Assembly: GCA_039208735.1 (NCBI GenBank)
Contig: JBCCQY010000003.1
Span: forward strand, 1-64,000
Length of the DNA: 64,000 nucleotides
Direction of reading: 5' to 3'
Source of the DNA: Myxococcota bacterium
GTDB taxonomy: Bacteria; Myxococcota_A; UBA796; GCA-2862545
This document shows positions 10,119-19,379 of the stretch, one piece after another; position 1 is the first letter of the stretch, and each line of letters opens with the position of its first letter. The notes under the pieces were generated by a model. That model was not told the DNA's origin. It ran no database searches and worked only from the letters and a program-made list of their open reading frames with translations. The position numbers were made by a program, and so were the translations under genes.

Positions 10119-11266
10119 CACAGCTTCCCCTTGAATCGACCGATCGGGGTCGGGCCCCGGCCGGTCTTGTCGCTCCAGAGCGCCAGTCCAAACCACACCC
10201 AGTTGTGGGCGTAGTAGTCATCGGCAGAGCCCCACCCGCTGGCGGTTCGAACGGGGCGAATCACGTCCTTGTAGAGCTGCTCGGCGTCGCTGGGGAAGGT
10301 GATGCCCCAGGCGGGCAGCAGGGCCCCGTACAAGCCAAGGTACGGGTGGTCGCGGCCGGCCGAGCCATCCGGTTCGATGACCGCGGGCAGGCCGCCGGTG
10401 CGGTGGTATCGCTCACGCAGGCTCTGGTAGCGTTTGAGCAGGGCTTTCGCGCGAGCGTCGTCGTACCAACGCGCTTCGGCCGCGAGCGTCCACGGCACCC
10501 GCATGGCTTCAAACCCAAAGCCGAGCTGTTCGACTTCCCCGTCGGGCGCGGGCACCACCTGGCCGGTCGTCGCGTCCATCCACACCCAGTCGGGCTGCAA
10601 GCCGAGGTCGTTCGTGACGGCGTCGAACATCCAGTAGGTGTCGTCGACGAAGCTCGCCCAATCGTGCGCGGTGTCGACCTTGGCAAACACCCGGTAAGCA
10701 AAGGGCAAGCTGTAGGACGGGTTGAGTCGCAGGACCGGCTTGTTCGCCGCCCACGGCCCGGGCAGGAGCACCCGATGGCCGTCGACCACGGCCGTCTCTT
10801 CGTTCCACACCCGTTCGAGAATCGCGAGCGCCTGGGCTTGCATATCGGGGGCGCCCCAACGCTCGGCCCCGAGGATGAGCGCGTAGGCCACGAACAGGTC
10901 GGCGTCGGTCGCCGGATTCTGGTCGAGGATGCCCCACGATCCATCGGGCTGTTGGCCCCACTTCCAGGCGGGCAATGCGGTGGGATCGCCGTGCTGGAGG
11001 TTGTCGCGCATCCACTGCCGCACACGGTCAAAGCTGTCACGGTCGTTGGACCACACCGCGCGGACCAGCGCATAAGACTGGCCTTCGCTGGTGGTGATGC
11101 CACCCGCGGCATGGTCGACCACTCGGCCGTCCGGTTGAACGAAGCGGTCGATGTAGTCCGAGAACGCCCGGCGCAGTTCCGATCGGCCCGGAGGGGCGCC
11201 GGCCTTCGCACACATCGAGCCGCCGCAACCCATGAGGATTGCGGTCGCGAGAATCATGTTCCGCAC
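10118..11266 (-). CDS. bcsZ: GH8 endoglucanase BcsZ
   Basis: TTSEGQSYAL, LPAWKWG, NPATDADL, LNPSY; position between bcsB and bcsC. Confidence 0.92.
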   Translation of the reverse strand: MRNMILATAILMGCGGSMCAKAGAPPGRSELRRAFSDYIDRFVQPDGRVVDHAAGGITTSEGQSYALVRAVWSNDRDSFDRVRQWMRDNLQHGDPTALPAWKWGQQPDGSWGILDQNPATDADLFVAYALILGAERWGAPDMQAQALAILERVWNEETAVVDGHRVLLPGPWAANKPVLRLNPSYSLPFAYRVFAKVDTAHDWASFVDDTYWMFDAVTNDLGLQPDWVWMDATTGQVVPAPDGEVEQLGFGFEAMRVPWTLAAEARWYDDARAKALLKRYQSLRERYHRTGGLPAVIEPDGSAGRDHPYLGLYGALLPAWGITFPSDAEQLYKDVIRPVRTASGWGSADDYYAHNWVWFGLALWSDKTGRGPTPIGRFKGKL

Positions 11267-11267
11267 A

Positions 11268-13358
11268 TCACACCTCGCCGCCGCGGGCGAGCGCCCAGCG
11301 TTGGACGGCCAAGGCGAAGATCATCGCGCCAATCACCGCGATGATGCCCCAGGTGGCCCAGTTGCGCTGCACCACGAGCTGGCCTTGGGTGAGCAAGGGC
11401 ACCGTCCCGACCTGCTGGGGCTCCTGCGTCGTGCTCGTCTGCACCCGACCCGACGGGGTGAACACGGCCAAGTTGCGGTCGAGCTTCGACAGCATGCGAC
11501 CGTCCCACAAGCTGTTCACGAGTTCGGAGAGGCCTGCGTCATCGTCGCCGCGAAGGACCATGATGGATCGGTCCCGACCGTCGGCCTGCAGGCGCTGCTC
11601 GATGTAGCGAACGCCTGCGTAGCGACCCACCCCGACGCCCGGCTTCGAGACATCGCCGGGTGGTGACAACACGCCCTTCGATACGAGCTGGTTGAACCAC
11701 TTGTGCGGGGTGGCGCCGGCCAGCACGACCTGGTGGGCGAAGAGGGTGGAGCGCATCGCGGAGGTGGCGGTGGACACGGTGAGCTTGGGCTGATCGGCGA
11801 TCGACCATGCGCCAAGCCGAGCCGCGAGTGCAAACATCGACGAGATTTCGTCGCCGCTCGGATTGTCGGCGAGCACAAGTTCGACGGGGCCTTCTTCGAG
11901 GTTGAACGGCCAGCCACGGTACCGCAGTCGCCCAAGGTCGGGCATCTGCGCGTAGTTGTCATGCGGGATGGAGACTTCCGATGACGCGTACAGGGTGGCC
12001 CAATGGGTCTCGTCGGTACGCTTTTCGCAGCTCTCGTAGCCCTCGGGGAAGAGGTGGAACGCGACGTCGAGGAACGCGTGCGGCGACATCATCTCGGCCG
12101 GCAGCCGTACGCGCAGGTACGTCTGCGATTCCCCACCTGAATGGTCGAGGGGCACCGACCGCAGGGTGACGCCGTTGAGCCGCACTTCCATGGTCGAAAG
12201 GCTCGTGTCGAGGCCCGCGCTGTAGCCGTAGTTCAGCCATGCGACGCCGCCTGAAGGCTTGACCACCGCATCGCCCGCCATGTGGATCGGCACGCGGAAC
12301 TGCGGAGCGTAGTAGCCACGGACCGTCTGATCCTTGAGGCCCATGTCGGCGAGCGTGGCGGTCTTTTCGAGCAAGGGGCTCGGCACCTGACGCGGCCGCG
12401 GGGGGCTTGCGTCGGGCACCCGTTCGACGAGTGCGGTGGGGCCGGCCATGGTCTGGAAGCGGGGGTTGGAGGACAGCGCCTGGGCCGCCGTGATCACGTC
12501 CTTGCCCGTCCAACCCGTCACCACCAGCACGGCGAGGGCGGGGTTGTGGGGGTTTGGGACCACGCCGACGAGGCCCTTGACGTTGCCCACCTCGGAGAGG
12601 TCGACGAGTTGTCCGATGAGCGGCTGCTCATCGGGGGTCCCCACGAGCACTGCATTCGTGTCGACGAGGGCGAGGTCGGTCACCGCGGGCTTCATCTCAA
12701 CGCCACGGTAATCGGCCATCCGGCCGAGTCCGAACCCGAGCGTGGCCGCTGCGGTCAGGGTGTCATCAGACGCCTGGTTGCCGACCACCCAAGTCAGCTC
12801 GACCGCACCGAAGCCCTGCTCATCGAGGAAGGGGTAAGGGTAGTCGAGCAGCTCGCCCTGGATGGGCTGGGGATCGACGGTGAACGAGATCTTCGAGAAT
12901 CGATTGATCCGTGTCCACAACGCCATGTCGTAGGGATCTTGGCAGTTATCGGTCTTTCGATGGGTCCCCGCGAAGGTGAGGATGTTGTACTCATCGAGCG
13001 AGCCGCGGGGCAGGTCGATCTTGAGCACACCCTCTTTCGCGTTCTCGGAACTGAGCGACGTGGACGAAATCTGCACGTTGTTGAGCAGCACCGTGAGGTT
13101 GCTCTGGTCGGCGAGCAGCGTGTCGGAGTGCTCGAAGTACAGATTGAGCTGCGGATCCGCGGTGAGTTCCCAGTTTCTCGGAACCTGGAAGTCGACGGTG
13201 GCATAGCCCTTGAGGCCATGCAGCATCATGTCCTTTTCGACGTACAATCCATCGACGAAGGTGACGTCCATCTGGGTGGACTCAACGGGAGCGACGGGCT
13301 CGTCGATCTCAGCGCTATGAGCGGGACCGGCGAGCAAGGTGAGGGCAAGGGCAATCAC
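11268..13358 (-). CDS. bcsB: Cellulose synthase periplasmic subunit BcsB
   Basis: Signal peptide, two jelly-roll/flavodoxin-like repeats with Cys pairs, PYPF and LPDL....GWPF-like motifs, C-terminal TM helix; follows bcsA. Confidence 0.88.
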   Translation of the reverse strand: MIALALTLLAGPAHSAEIDEPVAPVESTQMDVTFVDGLYVEKDMMLHGLKGYATVDFQVPRNWELTADPQLNLYFEHSDTLLADQSNLTVLLNNVQISSTSLSSENAKEGVLKIDLPRGSLDEYNILTFAGTHRKTDNCQDPYDMALWTRINRFSKISFTVDPQPIQGELLDYPYPFLDEQGFGAVELTWVVGNQASDDTLTAAATLGFGLGRMADYRGVEMKPAVTDLALVDTNAVLVGTPDEQPLIGQLVDLSEVGNVKGLVGVVPNPHNPALAVLVVTGWTGKDVITAAQALSSNPRFQTMAGPTALVERVPDASPPRPRQVPSPLLEKTATLADMGLKDQTVRGYYAPQFRVPIHMAGDAVVKPSGGVAWLNYGYSAGLDTSLSTMEVRLNGVTLRSVPLDHSGGESQTYLRVRLPAEMMSPHAFLDVAFHLFPEGYESCEKRTDETHWATLYASSEVSIPHDNYAQMPDLGRLRYRGWPFNLEEGPVELVLADNPSGDEISSMFALAARLGAWSIADQPKLTVSTATSAMRSTLFAHQVVLAGATPHKWFNQLVSKGVLSPPGDVSKPGVGVGRYAGVRYIEQRLQADGRDRSIMVLRGDDDAGLSELVNSLWDGRMLSKLDRNLAVFTPSGRVQTSTTQEPQQVGTVPLLTQGQLVVQRNWATWGIIAVIGAMIFALAVQRWALARGGEV

Positions 13359-16330
13359 GTGGACTCCTGGTCGCGCAGGGCGCTGGCGAGAAGACGGGAG
13401 GCGTGGTCGAGGCGTTCGTCCACATCGGCCATCGAGGACCGAAGGGTGGGACGTTCGCTCCCCTCTCGGTACGAACGACCGGCGGCTTCGAGCAGCGTCG
13501 CCGCCTCGTCGAGGAGGATGACGACCTCGCGATACTCGGGGTCATCCCGGCGATCGAGTTCGCCGCTGTAGCGCGTGGACCACAGGCGCTTGCTGAAGTC
13601 GAGACGCAGCGAGGGCGCCAAGGGAAGTAAGGCCCACTCGAACTGCTCCTTGAGTTCGGTGAGACGACGGTGGGCCGAGGCGAGTTCGCCCACCCGCGAG
13701 GGGGTGACCCGGTCTTGCTGCACCGCATCGAGGAGGGTTGATGCAGGGTTGGTCACGGGCTTCCAGCCGATGGCGATGAGCACCGCCACCGCGACGAGCG
13801 GCACCGCCACGGTGCCCCGGACGAGCCGGCGGGTCCGGTCGAACAAGGTCATCGGCGCAGGCTCGGGCTTCGACTCGAGGGGCAGATCCGCCCCGCAGCG
13901 CGAGCACTTGTCGAGTACGGCCAACTGCTGAGCGCCGCACTGACGGCAGGTGATGGTGTCGGAGAGCACGGAAAGGGCCTCACCCGACGAGGTGTTGACG
14001 GGGTTGCGGCCGGTCAGGTGGTTGAAGATCACGCGAACTGGCGAGAACACCACGTCGAGGGCCGACAAGATCGGCGAATCTTCCTGGAAGCGGTCCTGCG
14101 TCCAGCGGTCCGGATCCGAGAACATGATGCGAATGATGCGGATGCGCTGCTGCGGCGTGACCTGCTCGAACTCGAGGCCGGCCACGAGCTGCTCGTCGCT
14201 GCCTTCTTCCCGCTGGCTCCGCACGCGAGCCGACAGCTCGACGACCTGGTCGTCGATGGGGTCGCGCATGCGCAGGGTGATGCGGTCGGGCAGGCGCTCA
14301 GGGGTCTGGAGCATCAAGCGTGCCCCGCCTTCGGAGAGGTCGACGAGGGTGGCCTGCTGACCCTGCCGGTGGACGGTCGAAACCACGACCGGCAGCTGCT
14401 CGAGCGAACGAACGTGGGGCGGGGGAGGCGGGGGCGCATGGGTGCGACCGGCGGCCGGACGCGGCGTGGGGACCGACTTGGTACGGGTCGCACGCAAGGG
14501 CTGGACATCGACCACCTGCTCGCTGATTTCGACGGCGGCACCCACCGCGATGCGGTCATGCTGCCGACGCTGGGGCCGTTCGACCGCCACCATGAGGCTC
14601 GCGGCGAGAATGACGAGGTTGTAGAGGTTCCAGACCGCAGCCAGCGTGATGGTGTCCCAATGGGAGGGTTCAGAGGCGATGCGCCAGGGCACGATGGCCA
14701 TGCTGATGAGGGTGATGACGAAGAGCACAATCATGGGACGGGCGCTGCGCCAGTCGAACTCGGTCTTGGTGACCATGTCGCCCTTCGGCGTCACGTTGAA
14801 CGTTCCGATCTTGGGCGCGATGAGGGCGACGGTCGTGACCCACGCCGTGTACCAGGCGATCGAGGTTTCGTAGATCTCGGGCCAGAAGCTCATCCGGGTG
14901 TTCTTGTTGACCGAGGCGGTGCACGCGAAGACCAGGAACAGGTGCGGTAGGGCGTAGATCAGCACCTGGCGAACGTCGGCGTTCAATGGGTGCAGCCCAA
15001 AGATCAAGAAGAAGCTGGGGGCGAGCAGGTAGATGATGCGTGGCACCCCGAAGAGGAAGTGCGCCGCCGCGTTGAAGTAGTTGAAACGCTGCGCGAGCGT
15101 GAGCCCGGGCCGGACCAGCGGATTGTCGGTCCGCAGGATCTGGGCCATCCCACGCGCCCAGCGGATTCGCTGCTGCACGTGGAAGCCGAACTTCTCGGTG
15201 GCGAGTCCCGCCGCCTGGGGGATGTCGATGAACCGAGACTCCCAGCCGCGGCCGTGGAGCTTCAGCGCGGTGTGCGCGTCTTCGGTGACGGTTTCCTGAG
15301 CGATGCCGCCGACTTCCTCGAGCGCCTTGCGGCGGATGACCGCGCAGGAACCACAGAAGAACGCCGAGTTCCAGAAGTCATTGCCCTTCTGGATGCGGTG
15401 GTAGAAGAGGTGCTGCTCGGGGGGCATCCGACCTTCGCGGAACAGGTTCCGCTCGAAGGGGTCGGGGTTGTAGAAGTGGTGGGGCGTCTGGACGAGCGCG
15501 ATGTTGTCGTTGTCGGTGAAGAACCCGACCGTCATCTGCAGGAAGGTTCGCACCGGCACGTGGTCGGCATCGAAGATGGCGATGAGTTCGCCCTTCGTGT
15601 GCTTCAGCGCATGGTTGATGTTGCCGGCCTTTGCACCCTTGTTGTTCGGACGGCGCAACGCGATGCAACCCACTTCCTGGGCGAGAGCCGCGACGGCCTT
15701 GCGGCGCTTTTCAAGTTCTGCCGCCTTCTTCGGGTTCTTGTTGGTCTTCGGCGTGTCGTCGAGGATGTAGACGGTCTTGTTGGCGTAGTCGATGCCGAGC
15801 GCGCCCACGACGGTGCGGCGCAGAACGTCGATGGGCTCGTTGTAGGTCGGGATGAAGATGTCGACCGAGGGCAGGTCTTCAGGGTTTGTCGGCAGGGAAG
15901 GCGGCCGCCGGTCGGTCACGATGGCGGTCTGGAAGTAGCCCCCAAGCAGGATGACGAAGCCGTACAGCTCAGCCCCAAACAGGGCCAACGAGAGCAATCC
16001 ATCAGGCGAAAGCTCGATGAACAGCGTTTCCGTGCCGCGCCAGTACAGGTAGCGGGCGGAGGCTGCGGCCGAGAGCAGGAGGGCGGCAATGCGGAGCTTG
16101 GGGAAGCGCCGCAACAGCAGCAAGCCGGTGCCCATGAGGCCCAACGATAGGCCAAGGTGCGCGGCAAGCGGAAGGTGGACCATCGCGTAGGCGCCGAGCG
16201 GCACTACGGCCAGCAGCAAGGCCAACAGAGGCACCCAGCCTCCGGGACCCTTCTTCCGCTCGGAGCGCTGGGTGACCGGAGCAGACTGGCCCGGCCGCGA
16301 CGGATTGTCGTTCTGAGGTGAGGCAACCAT
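13355..16330 (-). CDS. bcsA: Cellulose synthase catalytic subunit BcsA (GT2 plus PilZ) with C-terminal extension
   Basis: DIFIPTYNE, LDD, KAGN, DADH, QTPH, FFCGS, TED, QRIRW, FNVTPK, RQHDR and DLSEGG motifs; start placed at ATG 16330 after AAGGA. Confidence 0.95.
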   Translation of the reverse strand: MVASPQNDNPSRPGQSAPVTQRSERKKGPGGWVPLLALLLAVVPLGAYAMVHLPLAAHLGLSLGLMGTGLLLLRRFPKLRIAALLLSAAASARYLYWRGTETLFIELSPDGLLSLALFGAELYGFVILLGGYFQTAIVTDRRPPSLPTNPEDLPSVDIFIPTYNEPIDVLRRTVVGALGIDYANKTVYILDDTPKTNKNPKKAAELEKRRKAVAALAQEVGCIALRRPNNKGAKAGNINHALKHTKGELIAIFDADHVPVRTFLQMTVGFFTDNDNIALVQTPHHFYNPDPFERNLFREGRMPPEQHLFYHRIQKGNDFWNSAFFCGSCAVIRRKALEEVGGIAQETVTEDAHTALKLHGRGWESRFIDIPQAAGLATEKFGFHVQQRIRWARGMAQILRTDNPLVRPGLTLAQRFNYFNAAAHFLFGVPRIIYLLAPSFFLIFGLHPLNADVRQVLIYALPHLFLVFACTASVNKNTRMSFWPEIYETSIAWYTAWVTTVALIAPKIGTFNVTPKGDMVTKTEFDWRSARPMIVLFVITLISMAIVPWRIASEPSHWDTITLAAVWNLYNLVILAASLMVAVERPQRRQHDRIAVGAAVEISEQVVDVQPLRATRTKSVPTPRPAAGRTHAPPPPPPHVRSLEQLPVVVSTVHRQGQQATLVDLSEGGARLMLQTPERLPDRITLRMRDPIDDQVVELSARVRSQREEGSDEQLVAGLEFEQVTPQQRIRIIRIMFSDPDRWTQDRFQEDSPILSALDVVFSPVRVIFNHLTGRNPVNTSSGEALSVLSDTITCRQCGAQQLAVLDKCSRCGADLPLESKPEPAPMTLFDRTRRLVRGTVAVPLVAVAVLIAIGWKPVTNPASTLLDAVQQDRVTPSRVGELASAHRRLTELKEQFEWALLPLAPSLRLDFSKRLWSTRYSGELDRRDDPEYREVVILLDEAATLLEAAGRSYREGSERPTLRSSMADVDERLDHASRLLASALRDQEST

Positions 16331-16332
16331 GA

Positions 16333-17802
16333 TCAGCGTTCCTTGGCCAGGGGGGCATGGCCGGTGCGAAGGAGGTCGGCGAGCTGCTTCACGGGCTGGA
16401 AGACATGCGCCGGAATGGCAACAAAGAGAGTGTTCCAACCAGCCATGGAGCCGTTCCACAGTCCGGGACGTTCCAGCGCGCGAAGCGGCCGGCCCTCGAA
16501 GGACTTGTGGGCAATGATCCAGGCGGTTGGGTCGACAAAGTGAGGCAGCTCATACGGCACCCCATCGGGATCCCGAAGGCTCGCCACGATGTCGACAGGG
16601 TTGAAGTGAGTCGAACGGGAAAAAACGTTGGATTGGGCAGGGTTGTTGAGATCGACCTGCGCCGACTCAACAATTTGCGGCGTGACCGAGCCATCGACGC
16701 CACGAACCCAGAACGGGCCGCCGCCCGGCTGGCCTTCGTTGCGAACCATGCCGCAGACCCGAAGGGGGCGACGCAGCGCAAACTCGGCTCGCTCGCGAGG
16801 CAATCCGGGGCAGGGGCGCGTTCCAAAGTGGCGCTCCGCGAACTCGAGGGCTTCTCTGCCGCTTGCGCCGTGTTCAAGGGCGCGCAGATGGGCGTGAACC
16901 TCCCCTTCGAGTTCGAGGAGGCGCCGCACCAAGCCCCGGCGCCACCGCAAGACGTCGTCGCGGTGATCGTCTCGGACGACGTTGTCGATGTTCTTGATGA
17001 CCACCAGGTCGGCGTCCAATGCATCGAGGTTGCGCAGAAGTGCGCCATGACCACCTGGGCGCCGCAGCGGCGTGCCATCGGCCAAGCGGAACAGCGCGCC
17101 TTCGGGAGTGAGGGCTACGGTGTTGGTCACGGGATGTTGGACCGAGGTGGTGAGGTCCACCTGCCGGCCCAGTTCGGCGAGCGCCGGCCGGACCCGGTCT
17201 ACGGCGGCCTCGAACCGGGCCCCCGTGCCCTCGGGAACCGTGAAGTGCACCGTGACGTGGGCGCTGTCCCCCATCATCGCGGCTTCGATCACCTGCTCTT
17301 CGGCGGCGGTGCGGGCGCTGGGGCCGTAGGCGTGAAAAGGCACGAGGCCCTTGGGCTGCTTGGGCAGCGTCAGCGTGCCCAGCCAGTGGTCGAGGACCTC
17401 GCCCAGTTCGGCATGCTCGATCCCCTGTCCCACCGCCAGGGCCCGACGACCACGGACGGCTTCAAGGGCTGGAGCAAGAGACGTGGCGCCGGTCGCAACC
17501 GCATCGGCGAGATGAGCCTCGCTCGTGAAGCCCTGCGCCCGCGCTTCTACGACGGCCTTGAACATCCGCGATGCCGCCCCACTTGCCGGGATGAAGTGGG
17601 TGATTCGCGCGGCGACGGCGGGTGCCAGGGGCATGTCGATGGGGCGCGGTTGGCCCTCGATGCCTTGATCCAGGCGGCATGGATCCACCAGCTCGGCGCC
17701 GGGTTGTTGGGTAGACGCAATGGCGATCTGCTCCTCGAGCTCTTGGAGCGCGAGGCCTTCCCGCTGTGCCCAATTGAGATCTCGTTCCGTCCACTCATTC
17801 AC
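16333..17802 (-). CDS. DUF4301 family protein (nucleotide-diphospho-sugar transferase-like)
   Basis: FIPASGAASRMFK, PKGLVPFH, RPGGHGALL.NL, IKNIDNV, RPLRVCGMV.N.G.PGGGPFWV, THFNPVD, LE.PGLWNG.MA.WNT. Confidence 0.9.
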   Translation of the reverse strand: MNEWTERDLNWAQREGLALQELEEQIAIASTQQPGAELVDPCRLDQGIEGQPRPIDMPLAPAVAARITHFIPASGAASRMFKAVVEARAQGFTSEAHLADAVATGATSLAPALEAVRGRRALAVGQGIEHAELGEVLDHWLGTLTLPKQPKGLVPFHAYGPSARTAAEEQVIEAAMMGDSAHVTVHFTVPEGTGARFEAAVDRVRPALAELGRQVDLTTSVQHPVTNTVALTPEGALFRLADGTPLRRPGGHGALLRNLDALDADLVVIKNIDNVVRDDHRDDVLRWRRGLVRRLLELEGEVHAHLRALEHGASGREALEFAERHFGTRPCPGLPRERAEFALRRPLRVCGMVRNEGQPGGGPFWVRGVDGSVTPQIVESAQVDLNNPAQSNVFSRSTHFNPVDIVASLRDPDGVPYELPHFVDPTAWIIAHKSFEGRPLRALERPGLWNGSMAGWNTLFVAIPAHVFQPVKQLADLLRTGHAPLAKER

Positions 17803-18269
17803 GACGCTCTTCCTCGGCTCCGGACCGTGTGGAATTCACGGCCAAAAGGGAACATACGAGTGCATCGCCAGGCGTACCGGCCCGCGATGGTACTCAGGGT
17901 GATGAAGGTTCGAGCCGGCAACTTTGATACGGCTCGCGTTTCGTTTTTAGCCAGGCCACGGCTCGAGCACGGATCAAGGCGGTTACGCGTGTCGGTGTGA
18001 CTCAAATTCTACAGGTACGAGCTGCCTTTCAAGTTTCGATCGAACAGTCGGTCCGACCATGGATTTTGAGTCTGCCGTCTCCAGAACGTAATGTCTGACT
18101 ATTTGCGAGCTTGGTGACGACATGACGAGAGAAGCTCACAAATCATGATGGAATTTCGTGCGCCTGCGCCAAAGTGGTCGCCAGTGAAACCAATGCAACC
18201 AAACCCGAGGGCCGTCCCCAGAATCAAGGTTTGGCCATTGTTGGCGTCTTTGTTGGGTTACAAAGCTTG

Positions 18270-18599
18270 TCAATCGCGAGTGCAGTCGAGGCAGAAGGGC
18301 GCCTCGGGTCGGGCGATGAGACGGGCCTCGGCGATGGGTTCGCCGCATCGTACGCAATCGCCGTAGACGCCGTTGTCGAGTCGACAAAGTGCATGGGTGA
18401 GTTGCTCAAGCCGCAAGGTCGTGCGTCGCTCCTGCGCCTGGGCCATGGCCTGTTGTTGGAGGGCGTCCATGCGCGAGAGACGGCCCACTGCGCTCTGGTC
18501 GAGGGCCACCGTGTCGCCTTGTTCCTGCGAGCCCGCTAGCGTGCGTTGAAGCTCGGCCTGTAGCGCGAGCAGGCGCTCGCGGATGGTGGGATCGTCCAT
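18270..18599 (-). CDS. TraR/DksA C4-type zinc finger protein
   Basis: LDQSAVGRLSRMDA coiled-coil tip; YGDCVRCGEPI...RL...P....CLDC. Confidence 0.9.
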   Translation of the reverse strand: MDDPTIRERLLALQAELQRTLAGSQEQGDTVALDQSAVGRLSRMDALQQQAMAQAQERRTTLRLEQLTHALCRLDNGVYGDCVRCGEPIAEARLIARPEAPFCLDCTRD

Positions 18600-18620
18600 C
18601 GCCTTAGTATAGGAGGCTTG

Positions 18621-19379
18621 GTGACGGAATCGGAGTGGTACAGCGGTGCGGTGGTGCTGCTCTACGTCTTGGCTGCGGTGACGTTTGGGCTCTTGCGCTT
18701 CATCACCGCCCCGTATGGCCGCCACGAACGACAGGGCTTTGGACCGACGGTGCCGGCAAGGCTCGGTTGGGTGGTGATGGAAAGTCCATCAGGGCTAGGC
18801 TTCGCGCTCATCTTCTTGGCGTCAGGGGGCTTCGAAAAGGGCCTTGCACCCGTTGCGTTGTTTGGCCTTTGGCAGCTCCACTACACGTTTCGCACCTTCA
18901 TCTTCCCGTTTCGCATGCGTGTGGGCCGTCCCATGCCGGTATTCGTGATGGGGCTGGCCATCCTCTTCAACTGCCTCAACGCCTACGTCAACGCCCGCTG
19001 GATCGGACATTTCGGCAGCTACCCGGCCGATTGGGTCACCGATCCGAGGTTCGTCATCGGCAGCGGATTGTTCCTGGCGGGCTTCGCCATCAACCTGCAT
19101 TCGGATGGCGTGCTGCGTCGGCTGCGGGCGCCGGGCGAGACGGGGTACTGCATTCCCCATGAGGGCCTGCATCGCTATGTGAGCGCCCCAAACTACTTCG
19201 GTGAAATCATCGAGTGGACGGGCTTTGCGCTGGCTACCTGGTCGCCGGCGGGGCTGGGATTTGCCGTTTACTCGGTTGCAAACTTGCTTCCCCGCGCGCT
19301 CGATCATCACCGTTGGTACCACGCCACGTTTGAGGACTACCCCCCAGAGCGCAAGGCGCTGATCCCCTTCGTCCTCTAA
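18621..19379 (+). CDS. 3-oxo-5-alpha-steroid 4-dehydrogenase (steroid 5-alpha-reductase family) membrane protein
   Basis: APYGRH, W..MESPS, NLHSD..LR.LR.PGETGY.IP, PNYFGEIIEW.G, HH.WY...F.DYP..RKALIPF; AGGAGG RBS (TTG 18618 is an alternative start). Confidence 0.92.
   Translation: MTESEWYSGAVVLLYVLAAVTFGLLRFITAPYGRHERQGFGPTVPARLGWVVMESPSGLGFALIFLASGGFEKGLAPVALFGLWQLHYTFRTFIFPFRMRVGRPMPVFVMGLAILFNCLNAYVNARWIGHFGSYPADWVTDPRFVIGSGLFLAGFAINLHSDGVLRRLRAPGETGYCIPHEGLHRYVSAPNYFGEIIEWTGFALATWSPAGLGFAVYSVANLLPRALDHHRWYHATFEDYPPERKALIPFVL

Noticed and set aside
5922..10214. Long plus-strand ORFs (622 and 675 aa) and similar antisense ORFs elsewhere
   Set aside because: Shadow frames of high-GC genes, with no recognisable motifs
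16331..16459. BcsA start at 16459 as given in the ORF track
   Set aside because: Would overlap the conserved DUF4301 C-terminus by 127 nt; ATG 16330 has an RBS
18190..18270. c-di-GMP-I riboswitch upstream of the bcs operon (minus strand CAAACC...GGGACG)
   Set aside because: Lacks the GAAA tetraloop and GCAAAG elements; only an Infernal search could rescue it
18600..18620. Very short gap between divergent DksA-like and steroid reductase genes as a special regulatory device
   Set aside because: Nothing visible beyond an RBS; promoters cannot be located by eye
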